Part shown: one piece after another, positions 25,620-37,351 of the stretch
Numbering within the stretch: position 1 is the stretch's first letter
Layout: each line of letters opens with the position of its first letter
Assembly (NCBI GenBank): GCA_951406725.2
Contig: OX597841.1
Span: 20,708,001 to 20,772,000, forward strand
Length of the DNA stretch: 64,000 nt
Source: Octopus vulgaris
Lineage: Eukaryota
Direction of reading: 5' to 3'
Made by a program: the position numbers and the translations under genes
Notes under the pieces: model-generated
Told to the model about the DNA's origin: nothing
Database searches by the model: none
Seen by the model: only the letters and a program-made list of their open reading frames with translations

Positions 25620-26469
25620 TTAAACATTTTCTATAAACACTTGCTATTATAGTTAATAAGGTATGGATATTTTATTAAGGTTTTTTTGTGGTTAGGCTGT
25701 TTTTATTCCTTATCCATGATGCTCTACCCTAACTGATCATTTTTATTATTGTTATTTTATGGTAGCCTTAAATAAATCTAATCCTTGTACCCCTATTAAT
25801 TCGTACTCAGCTTATATAAGGTAATACCAGTATCTGTACAACTTAAAATAGTTCAATTTAATTAAATCATTAGATAATTAACATGTTCTTTAAGCTCGGT
25901 TGCTCCCTTATTAAATACCAGTTAAATCCAATTGATTAATCTCCATAGAAACCATATAATAAGTTACTATTTAGATAAGTAATAAGTAAATAAATATTGA
26001 AATATTTCTTTGCAATTTTCTTTTCCTCCCTCTATTGTGGTAAAAATTACCACAATTATACTCAAAATATTCAAATTTTGTTAAAATTTCATTCTCAATA
26101 ATCTTCTTGATTACCCTAAATTTTAACTTTATACAATAAGACAATATTGTTTGAAATGATCTTTAGAAATTACTTGATTAATCTCTTTCTTTAATGGCTC
26201 TACCCTCCTGATCTTAGTATTTATAAGGGTCTTTATATAAATAACCCTTCTAAACAAGTACCACTAAGAAACTAAATATCATGTAAGGAGTAACAATAAT
26301 AACTTCTTAAACCTATAATATAAGCCTTAGTCTTTAAAAAAAGATTAGTGCAAAATATGAATGTTCCATAACTTAAATATTCCTTTAGCCGATACCAAAC
26401 ATCAGTCTTTTATTGACATAAGCTAAATAAGTAAATACATAATTTTTAGTCTAATATATTTTGGATTAT

Positions 26470-26806
26470 GAAAGGCGCATGGCTCAGTGGTTAGAGCATC
26501 GAGCTTACGATCGTGAGGTTGTGAGTTCGATTCCTGGACCAGGCTGCGTGTTGTGTTCTTGAGCAAGACACTTTATTTCATGCTGCTCCGGTTAACTCAC
26601 CTGTAGAAATGAGTTGCGACATCATAGGTGCCAAGCTGTATTGGCCTTTCCTTTGGATAGCATCGGTGGTGTGGAGAGGGGAGGCTGGCATGCATGGGCG
26701 ACTGCTGGCCTTCCATAAACAACCTTGCCCGGACTTGTGCCTCCGGAGGGTAACTTTGTAGGTGCAATTCCATGGTCATTCATGACCGAAGGAGGTCTCC
26801 TCCTCC
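26470..26806 (+). mobile_element. tRNA-headed SINE with 14-bp TSD
   Basis: A box TGGCTCAGTGG, B box GAGTTCGATTCC; TSD ATATTTTG(G/A)ATTAT at 26456-26469 and 26807-26820. Confidence 0.93.
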
Positions 26807-27473
26807 ATATTTTGAATTATACTTTTTATAAAAATCTTCTCTATTGGTGTTAACAAGCTACATATACTTTACCATAGTAATTAAGCTATTTTATTTCCTT
26901 TTCTACGGTATTCTGCCCTGCTTGATTATTTTATTTTATTTCTTTATTATTTTATAATCAGCCTTTATTTATTTATAAATTAATCTAATTTTTGTATCTC
27001 TATAAATTCATATTCAACTTATATTAAACTATACTGGTATATTCACTACTTATAAAAAAATACTGCTTAGATTAAAATTTTATTAATATATAATTGGCAT
27101 GTTCCATTACCCCAATACTCCTTTATCAATACCAGTATATACCAATTAATATTGACAGATACCATCTGTATACAATATGTGTAAATATCAAACTATTTCT
27201 GGAAAATTTTTTATGAAGCAATCATACTGCATTACCTGTGGATATCCTTGTTGCTTATTTTGATTTTAATCACCTTATTTTAAATTGTATGGATAATATC
27301 GTACTAAATTCTGGTGCCTCAGTAACATATTCATCTGAATCTAAATAAATATATCTTAAACATATCAAAGGGAAATGGAAATCAATAGAAATTTTCACTT
27401 CCAGCCTAACATTAAAAATTTACTCCAAAGACTATGTATTACTCATAAATAAATATACTCTCTCTCTCTCTCA

Positions 27474-27505
<32 letters not shown>

Positions 27506-27508
<3 letters not shown>

Positions 27509-27830
27509 GGTGAGTGACTTAGTGGTTTGGGTATTCGGCTCATGATCATAAGGTCGTGAGTTCAATTACCGGTAGCACATTGTGTACTTAAGCAAGACAC
27601 TTTATTTTATGTTGCTCTAGACCACTCAGCTAGCAAAAAGGAGTATGACCTGTATTTCAATAGACCGACCTTGTCTCAGTCTTAGTTCTGTTGAATCTCC
27701 TTGAGGACTATGTTAAAGGTATGTGTGTCTGTGATGTGCTTAGCTATTTGCACATTAATTTCATGAGCAGGCTGTTCTGTTGATTAGATCAACTGGAACC
27801 TTCATCATCAAAACCAATGGAGTACTAGTA
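27506..27830 (+). mobile_element. tRNA-headed SINE (second subfamily; another copy ~38083-38385)
   Basis: GAAGG..TGACTTAGTGG...GTGAGTTCAATTACC head, AGCAAGACACTTTATTT core, shared 3' body with the 38083 copy. Confidence 0.8.
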
Positions 27831-28454
27831 TGTATATATATATATGTATATATTTTTTTTGCTTTTATTCGTTTGTCATTTGACTGTGGCCATGCTAGAG
27901 CACTGCCTTTAGTTGAGCAAATTGACCCTAGGACCTATTCTTTGTAAGCCTAGTACTTATTCTATTGGTCTGTTTTTACCAAACCACTAAGTTATGGGGA
28001 CATAAACGCACCAGCATCAGTTGTCAAGCGATGTTGGGGGGACAAACGCACATACACACACACGTACATATATGTGATGGGCTTCTTTCAGATTCCGTCT
28101 ACCAAATCCACTCCAAAGGCTATAGTAGAAGACACTTGCCCAAGGTGCCATGCAGTGAGATTGAACCCGGAACCATATGGTTGGTAAGAAAGCTACTTAC
28201 CACAGCCACTCCTATATATATAGAGAGAGTCATGCATATCTGTATGCACATTTGAAAGAGATTTAGCTTCTATTTCTTGCAGATTGAGCAGTCATGGAGA
28301 GGCATTGCAGTTGGCTTATGCATTGGCCTTAAGCCACACAACTTGCTAGTTCTTTCATAACACTTGAAGACCGCAGTTAAAATCTACCAAACAAACTTAA
28401 GAAAGTGAACTAATGGAAGGAATGATTAATCAAATGAAATATGTCTATTTTCAG

Positions 28455-28602
28455 ATTCGCAATGCCTATGATGTCATCCCATTTGACAACATTGATGGTG
28501 GTGTGTGGAAGCAAGGTTGGAATATAACCTATCCCACCAACCACTGGGAGAACCGGGACAATCTTCAGGTGTTTGTTGTGCCCCATACTCACTGTGACCC
28601 AG
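28455..28602 (+). CDS. MAN2A1: Alpha-mannosidase II exon (start of GH38 catalytic domain)
   Basis: TTTTCAG acceptor; IRNAYDVIPFDNIDGGVWKQGWNITYPTNHWENRDNLQVFVVPHTHCDP(G) carries the MAN2A signatures FDNxDGGVWKQG and VPHxHxDPG (Zn ligands); donor G|GTAGGT, 148 nt, ends phase 1. Confidence 0.96.
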
Positions 28603-28985
28603 GTAGGTACCACTTTATCATACCCTCCTTCTACCCTGATGTTTGCAGATGCTTCATAGATGTCGTATCGGTCTCTACTAACCCTTTTCACCACCATTGT
28701 TATCATTATGTCTGCTGAGTTAATAAAGAACCCTTTAAGTCATCACTTGGCCTGCTAGAAATAGTAACCAAATCTTCCTCACATCTGTGGCTCTATGTTC
28801 CCTGTAGATAGGAAAATGCTAAGATGGTCATGGCTGGCATACCTGTTGATTATATGTCTGTTTGATCCAAATTGACCTGGGGCTAAACTACAACAGCTGT
28901 TACTGCCACCAACATATCTACTAATACTGCTACTACTATGTGTGTGTGTGTGTGTATGAACATGACTTTCTTTTGGGGGGATATT

Positions 28986-29846
28986 CAGGGTGTCCCAAAA
29001 GTCACTGATGGGGTTTCAATTTTTAATAACTTGCTTAACTTTCCAAATAAGTGCATGAAATTTTGATACAATATGAAGGACATAATGAAAATTAATATGC
29101 ACAAGTCAAATATTGCAATACCACTACATCACATATGAAGAATGGCATTGCTTAAATGGCAGCCATTTTCAGCTTCGCACGCCTGTGCTCTTTCCAAAAC
29201 TTGCACCATAAGATCCTCATGAGTATCAGACTCCACTTCTCTGGTATCTCTATGTTCTCCTTCAGTTGCACCAGGGTCTCCGGTTTGTTGGTGTAAACCC
29301 TCTCTCTCAGGTATACCCACAAGAAAAATCCGGGCTAGTCAAGTCTGGGGAACATAAAGGCCATTCAAGGTAGACTTCACACATGATTCCAGCAAGATGG
29401 GGCAACTGCCGATACTGCAAGAGAAACAATTCAATTGCTACGGCAGTGATTTGGAGAGAGAATAATCTCCTGCTATGGCAATGTCAACTGGCCTTCATGT
29501 TCCCCAGACTTGACTATCCTGGATTTTTTCTTGTGGGGATACCTCAAAGAGAGGGTCTACATTAACAAACCGGAGACCCTGGTGCAACTGAAGGAGAACA
29601 TCAATTGAGAAATTAGAGAAGTGGGGTCTGAAACTCTTGAGGGTCTTATGGTACGCAAAGCTAAATGTGGCTGCCATTTAAGCAATGTCATTTTCCATAT
29701 GTGATGTAGTGGTGTTGCAATATTTGACTTGTGCATATTAATTTCCATTATGTCATTTATACTGTATCAAAATTTCATGCATTTATTTGTAAAGTTAAGC
29801 AAGTTATTAAAAATTGAAACCCCATCAGTGACTTTTGGGACCCCTT
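28986..29846. mobile_element. Fold-back Tc1/mariner derivative (two transposase 3' ends in inverted orientation)
   Basis: Arms ~28986-29362 and ~29490-29846 are reverse complements; right half encodes FQQDGATA..WPSCSPDL..DFFLWGYLKERVY. Confidence 0.9.
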
Positions 29847-30060
29847 ATAGTTGTGTATGCCTGTGTAGAGAACCCAGGAACACATTACCCAACCTGTTCT
29901 TTTCTAAAACAGTGATGTGGGATTTGAAGGTTGTTTAGCTGCTATTTCTTGCAGAATAAGTAACTACGTAAAGGCCTTTTTATTGGCTCAACATAGTTGT
30001 TGTGGAGGTGAGGGTGGTGAGCTTTGTTGAGAATAAGTGAGGGCTGAAGTAATATCTGGT

Positions 30061-30277
30061 CCTTCAGCATTTAAACCGGCCATATCCAGCCCTAATATTC
30101 TACTTGTTTTATGTTTATATCAGCCAGATTTAGTCTTTCACAAGTACACTACATTGTCATTCTAAGGATAACAATCACATCATTGAAATCTTGAGGTTAC
30201 AAGATAAGCCATAATTAATTCAAAACAATGTGAATAGCATTACACATGACAGAGTAATCTGAATGCTAATGGGTTAA
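30061..30277. mobile_element. piggyBac-type MITE remnant
   Basis: CCTTCAGCATT ... AATGCTAATGGG-TTAA imperfect TIRs; only the right TTAA is preserved. Confidence 0.55.
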
Positions 30278-30438
30278 AATACAATCTTTGCTATGTTGTA
30301 GTTGTGAGATAACTAGGAGAGATCATCAGTGTGGGCAAGTCCATGCTTTTGAAGTGATTTGGGCTTTTTAGTTGCATGTTGTCTATGACTGAGGCTAGGA
30401 TCAAGAGTATTTTTTTTCATTTAGATGCAAGCATGGCT

Positions 30439-32140
30439 TGCATAGCACCTTCTGCATGGCCCCTTGTGCATAGCACCTTCTGCATAGCCCCTTCTGCATA
30501 CCCCCTTCTGCATAGCACCTTCTGCATAACCCCTTCTGCATAGCACCTTCTGTATAGCCCCTTCTGCATAGCACCTTCTGCATAGCCCCTTCTGCATAGC
30601 CCCTTCTGCATAGCCCCTTCTGCATAGCACCTTCTGCATAGCCCCTTCTGCATAGCACCTTCTGCATAGCCCCTTCTGCATAGCACCTTCTGCATGGCCC
30701 CTTCTGCATGGCCTCTTCTGCATAGCACCTTCTGCATAGCACCTTCTGCATAGCACCTTCTGCATAGCACCTTCTGCATGGCCCCTTCTGCATGGCCTCT
30801 TCTGCATAGCACCTTCTGCATAGCACCTTCTGCATGGCCCCTTCTGCATGGCCTCTTCTGCATAGCACCTTCTGCATACCCCCTTCTGCATAGCACCTTC
30901 TGCATTGCCCCTTCTGCATGGCCTCTTCTGCATTGCCCCTTCTGCATGGCCTCTTCTGCATAGCCCTTTCTGCATTGCACCTTCTGCATAGCACCTTCTG
31001 CATAGCCCCTTCTGCATAGCACCTTCTGCATGGCCCCTTCTGCATGGCCTCTTCTGCATAGCACCTTCTGCATAGCCCCTTCTGCATAGCCCCTTCTGCA
31101 AAGCCCCTTCTGCATAGCACCTTCTGCATTGCCCCTTCTGCATGGCCTCTTCTGCATAGCACCTTCTGCATAACCCCTTCTGCATAGCACCTTCTGCATT
31201 GCCCCTTCTGCATGGCCTCTTCTGCATAGCACCTTCTGCATGGCACCTTCTGCATAGCCCCTTCTGCATAGCACCTTCTGCATGGCCCCTTCTGCATGGC
31301 CTCTTCTGCATAGCACCTTCTGCATAACCCCTTCTGCATAGCACCTTCTGCAAAGCCCCTTCTGCATAGCCTCTTCTGCATAGTACCTTCTGCATAACCC
31401 CTTCTGCATAGCCCCTTCTGCATAGCCCCTTCTGCATGGCCCCTTCTGCATACCCCCTTCTGCATAGCCCCTTCTGCATAGCCCCTTCTGCATGGCCCCT
31501 TCTGCATACCCCCTTCTGCATAGCACCTTCTGCATAGCACCTTCTGCATAGCCCCTTCTGCATGGCACCTTCTGCATGGCACCTTCTGCATAGCCCCTTC
31601 TGCATAGCACCTTCTGCATGGCCCCTTCTGCATGGCCTCTTCTGCATAGCACCTTCTGCATAGCCCCTTCTGCATAGCACCTTCTGCAAAGCCCCTTCTG
31701 CAAAGCACCTTCTGCATAACCCCTTCTGCATGGCCCCTTCTGCATGGCCCCTTCTGCATACCCCCTTCTGCATGGCACCTTCTGCATGGCACCTTCTGCA
31801 TAGCCCCTTCTGCATAGCACCTTCTGCATGGCCCCTTCTGCATGGCCTCTTCTGCATAGCACCTTCTGCATAGCCCCTTCTGCATAGCACCTTCTGCAAA
31901 GCCCCTTCTGCAAAGCACCTTCTGCATAACCCCTTCTGCATGGCCCCTTCTGCATGGCCCCTTCTGCATACCCCCTTCTGCATAGCCCCTTCTGCATGGC
32001 CCCTTCTGCATACCCCCTTCTGCATAGCACCTTCTGCATAGCACCTTCTGCATAGCCCCTTCTGCATGGCACCTTCTGCATAGCACCTTCTGCATAGCCC
32101 TTTTTGCATAGCACCTGCATAGCCCCTTCTGCATGGCTCC
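30439..32140. repeat. 14-bp minisatellite TTCTGCATAGC(A/C)CC, about 120 units
   Basis: Directly visible; variant units and a 210-bp higher-order duplication (31561-31770 = 31771-31980). Confidence 0.98.
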
Positions 32141-35070
32141 TTGGACAAGTGTTTTATACTCTAGCCCTTGATTGACTAAACTCTTGGTGAGTGGATTTGG
32201 TTGACAGAACCTGAAAGAATCCCATTTCATATGTCTATGTGTGTCTTGGAGTTTGTCCCCATTACTACATGACAACTGATGTTGGTTTGTTTACACCCCC
32301 CACTGTAGTCACATGACTGAAATGAAACAGTTAAAGTATAAGTAGGTAACACTGAATTTTTGAAAATATTTAAATGTAATTTCTGTTGTACTTTTTCTTG
32401 GCAAGCATCCAAAAAAAAAACATTTTGATTTAGCAAATTGGTTGAAATCTTGCCTAATTGGCCTAAATAAATAATTAGCCATATTTGTGATGTCATATCT
32501 TTGAAATTGAAGTGATAATCAATTTCAGATTACACAAATTAATAGTGCCCATGGTATACCAATTGCCTATTTTTTTCGTTCGGGTTCTTGGAAAGAAAAC
32601 TGTTTTTTAGCAATTTTTAAAATATTTATGTAAAGCCTATATTGTTGCATGTCACAAGCAGTCAGTTTTGCAGTGTTTTCAGACCTGGTTAAATTCAGAA
32701 GTACAAACCTCAGAGACTTGAGTCTTGGCACATTTCTTTTAGGTATGGAACTAAATAAATCCTGAGATTTTAGGACATTACACCATTTCAATAAAATTTT
32801 AATGGCTATAAATGGTTGAGTTTTGGATTTTCTCCATTTTGATAGATTTTTTCTTTTTTTTTTTTTTGCATCACGATCTTGAAAGTGATAGATTAAGCTT
32901 TTTATGAAAAAGGTTTAAGAAAATTTATGATTTTTTTCTACACACTCCTTTCATCCACCTACTCCCGGGACTTATTTTGGCCAATTTTGTTTGTACTACT
33001 TACTTAAAACAATGGGAGAAGCCTTTACAGTGAAAAGAAAAGGAAATTTTGGTAATATCTTTAAATGACAAAATTTGTGTGATTTAAAGGAGATTTAACT
33101 GTTATTTCTAGCCAACCCATGACCACCTTATACATTTCTCAGAATTGCATGTAGACCTAGATTAAAAAACAAGCAAAATGTGACAATTAATTCCATGCTT
33201 TAAGCATTAAAAAATTCAAAAAACATAAATTAAAGGCATTAACAACATCTCTAACTCGCAGCAAACTTAGTAGGAGAGAGAGAGAGAGAGAGAGAAAACA
33301 ACCCAAAATAAATTTGTAAACACTGACACAAATTATCCCAACTATATTCAAAACCAGAAAAAAATCATCACACCTGACTTCAATGCTCTACAAATTATAT
33401 TCAATGCACAATATAATTTCTACTGGCAAAATTTGACCAATATTTCTCAAAGAAAAATAAAATTTATATGTACAAGAATATTTACTAGGTTTACCTAACA
33501 GCTCTCCACACATTAAAACAAGAGGAAATAACATTCTCAATACAAAGATTCCTTACTAAGTTTGGGCTCTTGTTAAACTCAATTTAGTGCATTCTTTTGT
33601 AGAAATATATGTTTACTTGGTAATTAGTTCATCCATGTCCTGAAATTCTGGGTCAAACTCAATGTTTGGAGCCAGGATTTATGTTCTGTTTGACCTCTTG
33701 CCTTGCATGGATATGTCAGTTTGGGAAATAGTGTCAGTTTATCACTCTCTTTACTGACTCTGCTTTTTGACCTTTTCGCAGCCAAATTCAGCACTCTTGT
33801 TTATGTTGCTGGTGGGGAAATAAATCCATTCCACCTCCAATGCTGGGACCACCAGATCAAATGATTTTGACTTCCTTGGTCTTGTCTAAGATGGCTGCTC
33901 AATTGCTAAAGATAGCAAGTTGGTAACAAAAACAGGACAGTGAAAACAAACGTCCAGGGCTGTTAATCCAAAATGAGGTGAAGTGATGAACGCTGGAGAA
34001 ACAAGCTTTGACAAGAATGTGTCCTATCCCTATAGCTGAATGAGTGTATATATATTTGTGTATATGTATGTATATAAATGTATAAGGGAATAATTTTAAA
34101 CCAAAAAGCAGTTAGGTTAATCCAAAGAATAAAAATAGGACTGCAGCTGGAAATGGTTGGGTGACCCTGAGGCGAAAGGAGAAATAGATTGAAAAGTGTA
34201 ATGGATAAACACTCCAGTCGGTCAAAGCAACTTTATATCATTTCCCAAATTGTCAAAACTAGAATATAAATATATATTAAAATAATAGGGCACCCAATAG
34301 TATTAGATATACACATACACATGAATAAAAGGTGATAAAAGCTAAAAGAGTAATACGAGTGAAGTGGAATGAAGAAAAATGAATTCATGCATAATAAAGG
34401 CAGCTAAAAGTTTAAGACAATAGAGGTAAAATAATATAAATGGATGTGTATATGTATGTGTGCACATGTACATAGGTACACATGGAGACCTGTATATGAA
34501 TGTGTGGGGGTGTATGAGTGAATGTATGTATCTGTGTACATGCAGGTGTGTAAGTGTGTGTATGGATGTATGTATACATGCATGTGTGGATGTGTGTGTG
34601 TGTGTGATTAGGTTACTTCAGATCAAAAGATTGAAGAAGGTCATCTTTTGACCACTCCTAAAGTATTCCTTCTCTTTATTCTAATCTCTTCTCCCTACCA
34701 TCTTCAACTACTTTTTCTCTTCCTCCTGCCATTCTCTTGCTCTTCTTCATCTTCTATTTTCCTTTTTCTTTTTCACACATGCTGTTGTATTTACTTTCTG
34801 TATTTTTTATTAATTTTTATTTTTTATATTTTTTTATTTTTATTTTCTATCTTTATTTTTTATTTGTTTACTTGTAAGAAAAAGTCTTTTGCTATATAAG
34901 CAAGTTTCTTAAACCACAGAATTTCAGTTTGAAAACAGCTATCAAAAAGCTCAAAACTCGTTAGAGTAAACATTATCATTAAAATAAAAATCATCACCAC
35001 AAAACCCATCTCTACTAATTTTTTCATATATATATATATATATATATACACACTCATTTTATCAAATGCC

Positions 35071-36920
35071 AAAACCTTCCCAGGTGAAGAATGTACCCCT
35101 CAACACAGATTAGTAGTTAACGACTTCAGGATCATGGCTAAATGGATGCCAAGAAGAAGACCAGCCTGGAGGAGAAGGGTCTGGAAGCTCAGAGATTTAG
35201 AGATGTATTACTTGAAACCTTCGATGAAATAGAAGGGGATATAGCATCACATAATATGGAAGACAACTGGAGGTTTCTACAGGACAACCTGCTGAGAGCC
35301 ACTGACCAGATCTGTGGCTGGTGCAAAGTCCCCTCTCGACCCAAGGTAACGTGGTGGTGGAACAATGTGGTTGACAGGGCTATAAGACAAAAGAGACAGG
35401 CTTGGAAGGACTGGAAGAACGGAGGTAGCAGGGAATTGTATCAGACAGCCAAAAGGGAAGCTAGGAGACAGGTTTATTTAGCCAGATAAGGAAAAATTTG
35501 CCAATGTTCTGTGCTGTGAGGACGAAAAACTTGAGGTATTTCGTGTTGCAAGACAGTGTGTGAGAGAATCGTGATGTTGTAGGAGAGAAATGTGTCCACA
35601 TGGATGATGGTTCACTTGCACTAAATGAGGATGCAAAGAGAGAGGTTTGGAGATGCCACTATGAAAAGTTGCTCAATAAAGAGAATGAATGGGAGAAAGA
35701 GAGTTTTCCGATTGTCGACCCAACAGAGGGACCAGCTATCCAAATTGACAGTACCTTGGTAGTTAAAGCAATCAAGAGTATGAAGGCAGGGAAAGCCCCC
35801 GGCCCATCAGGAATCACTGCAGAGATGCTCAAAATATCTGGTAGTGTTGGCTATAGCCTAGTCACCCGTATAGTTAACCAGGTGATACACAAAGGAGTCA
35901 TACCCAATACTGGTGTAGCAGCACCATAGTCAACTGCTACAAAGGTAAAGGTGACGCCTTAGATACAAATAATTACAGAGGTATCAAGTTGCTGGATCAA
36001 GTAATGAAGGTCACGGAGAGGGTCATAGTCCAACTAATTAGAGAGAGAGTCAGTTTAGATGAGATGCAGTTTGGGTTCGTGCCAGGGAAAAGCACCACTG
36101 ATGCTATATTCCTGGTAAGAAAGCTGCAGGAGAAATACCTGGCCAAAGATAAACCTCTGTACCTGGCTTTCGTTGACATAGAGAAAGCCTTCGACAGGGT
36201 CCCCCAATCCCTTATCTGGTGGTCAATGAGGAAACTAGGGATAGATGAATGGTTAGTGAGAGCTGTGCAAGCCATGTACAGGGACGTTGTTAGTAAGGTG
36301 AGGGTTGGCAACGAGTACAGTGAAGAATTCTGGGTAGAGGTAGGGGTCCACTAAGGTTCAGTCCTCAGACCCCTCCTATTTATCATAGTCCTCCAGGCAA
36401 TAACAGAGGAATTCCAGACAGGATGCCCCTGGGAGTTCCTCTATGCTGAGTCGCTATCAGAACTGGAAGAAAAGTTTCAGGTGTGGGAGCAAGGATTAGA
36501 ATCGAAGGGCCTTAGAGTCAACCTAGCTAAAACCAAAGTCCTAATTAGTAGGAAGGTAGACAAATCACAAATGCCTTCAGGTTGATGGCCCTGCTTGATC
36601 TGAAGAAAAGGCGTTGGTAGAAACTCTATAAGATGTACCACGTGTAAGCTATGGACACATAAGAGGTGCAGCAATGTCAAAGGAAGGCTAACTAGGAAGA
36701 TAGTTTTTGTATGTGGCAGATGCTCAGGAGCAATAAACACTGAAAATGCTCTTAGACCAACTTCTGCCACATTCCAGGGAGAAAAACTATAAATTGTTGA
36801 TAGCTTCCGTTACCTAGGTGACCAAGTCAGTAGCGTGGGCGGGTGTGCTGAAAGTGTAACTGCTAGAATAAGAATAGCCTGGGCAAAGTTCAGAGAGCTC
36901 TTACCTCTGCTAGGGACAAA
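35071..36920 (+). mobile_element. RTE LINE, truncated, decayed RT
   Basis: KVTWWWN, MKAGKAPGPSGITAEMLK, NYRGIKLL, MQFGFVPGKSTTDAIF, LYLAFVDIEKAFDRVP, GVH*GSVL; stops and frameshifts. Confidence 0.95.
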
Positions 36921-37179
36921 AGTTTTTGAAGCATTGTTTTATGTCTAGATGTTCTTCCTGAAGCAAATCCTTTACATCACCTCATATGATGTGCAACAAT
37001 ACAGTGTGTCTATTCTAAGAATCTGGATACAGATACACACACAAACATGTATGTTTGTGTGTGTATTTGTTTTTATTTCTTTCTTATCCACTTTGCCATG
37101 AGTTGGCATTTTACAGCGAAAGGCTCTTCCTCATGCCAATCCTTACCTGCTTCTTATACTTTCTGTTTTAATCCCTCAG

Positions 37180-37351
37180 GTTGGTTAAAAACTTTTGTTG
37201 GCTACTATCAACAACAAACTAAGGGTATATTTGAGAATATGTTGGTGAAACTGGAGGAGATGCCAGACATGCGATTGATTTATGCAGAGATGTCCTTCTT
37301 CTCAATGTGGTGGGATGAAATCAGCCCTGAGAAACGAGCCCGAGTTAAGAA
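37180..37351 (+). CDS. MAN2A1: Alpha-mannosidase II exon
   Basis: CCCTCAG acceptor; completes DPG-WLKTF then VGYYQQQTKGIFENMLVKLEEMPDMRLIYAEMSFFSMWWDEISPEKRARVK; donor AA|GTGAGT; 172 nt, phase 1 to 2. Confidence 0.96.

Larger units (their letters stand above)
23095..27265 (-). mobile_element. Old pLTR-bounded Penelope-like element with internal tandem units, host to three nested insertions
   Basis: ~50-bp inverted repeat 23086-23137 / 27213-27265 (ATGAAG..ATC.TACTGCATTACCTGTGGATATCCTTGTTGCTTATTTTGATT); degenerate hammerhead at 23119-23205; internal unit repeated about three times. Confidence 0.6.

Noticed and set aside
26470-26550. tRNA gene
   Set aside because: A/B boxes continue into a repeated SINE body bounded by a TSD; same for the other tRNA-like heads.
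30439-32140. CRISPR-like array
   Set aside because: Head-to-tail units with no unique spacers, eukaryotic context and no cas genes.
30401-32275. Three long minus-strand ORFs (567-624 aa) as a protein-coding gene
   Set aside because: They result from a stop-free 14-bp repeat; same peptide in all frames, starts inside a SINE, no splice or domain evidence.
34135-34195. HDV-like ribozyme around CCTTTCGCCTCAGG (minus)
   Set aside because: A P3/L3-like hairpin exists but I could not find matching P1, P1.1 or P2 partners.
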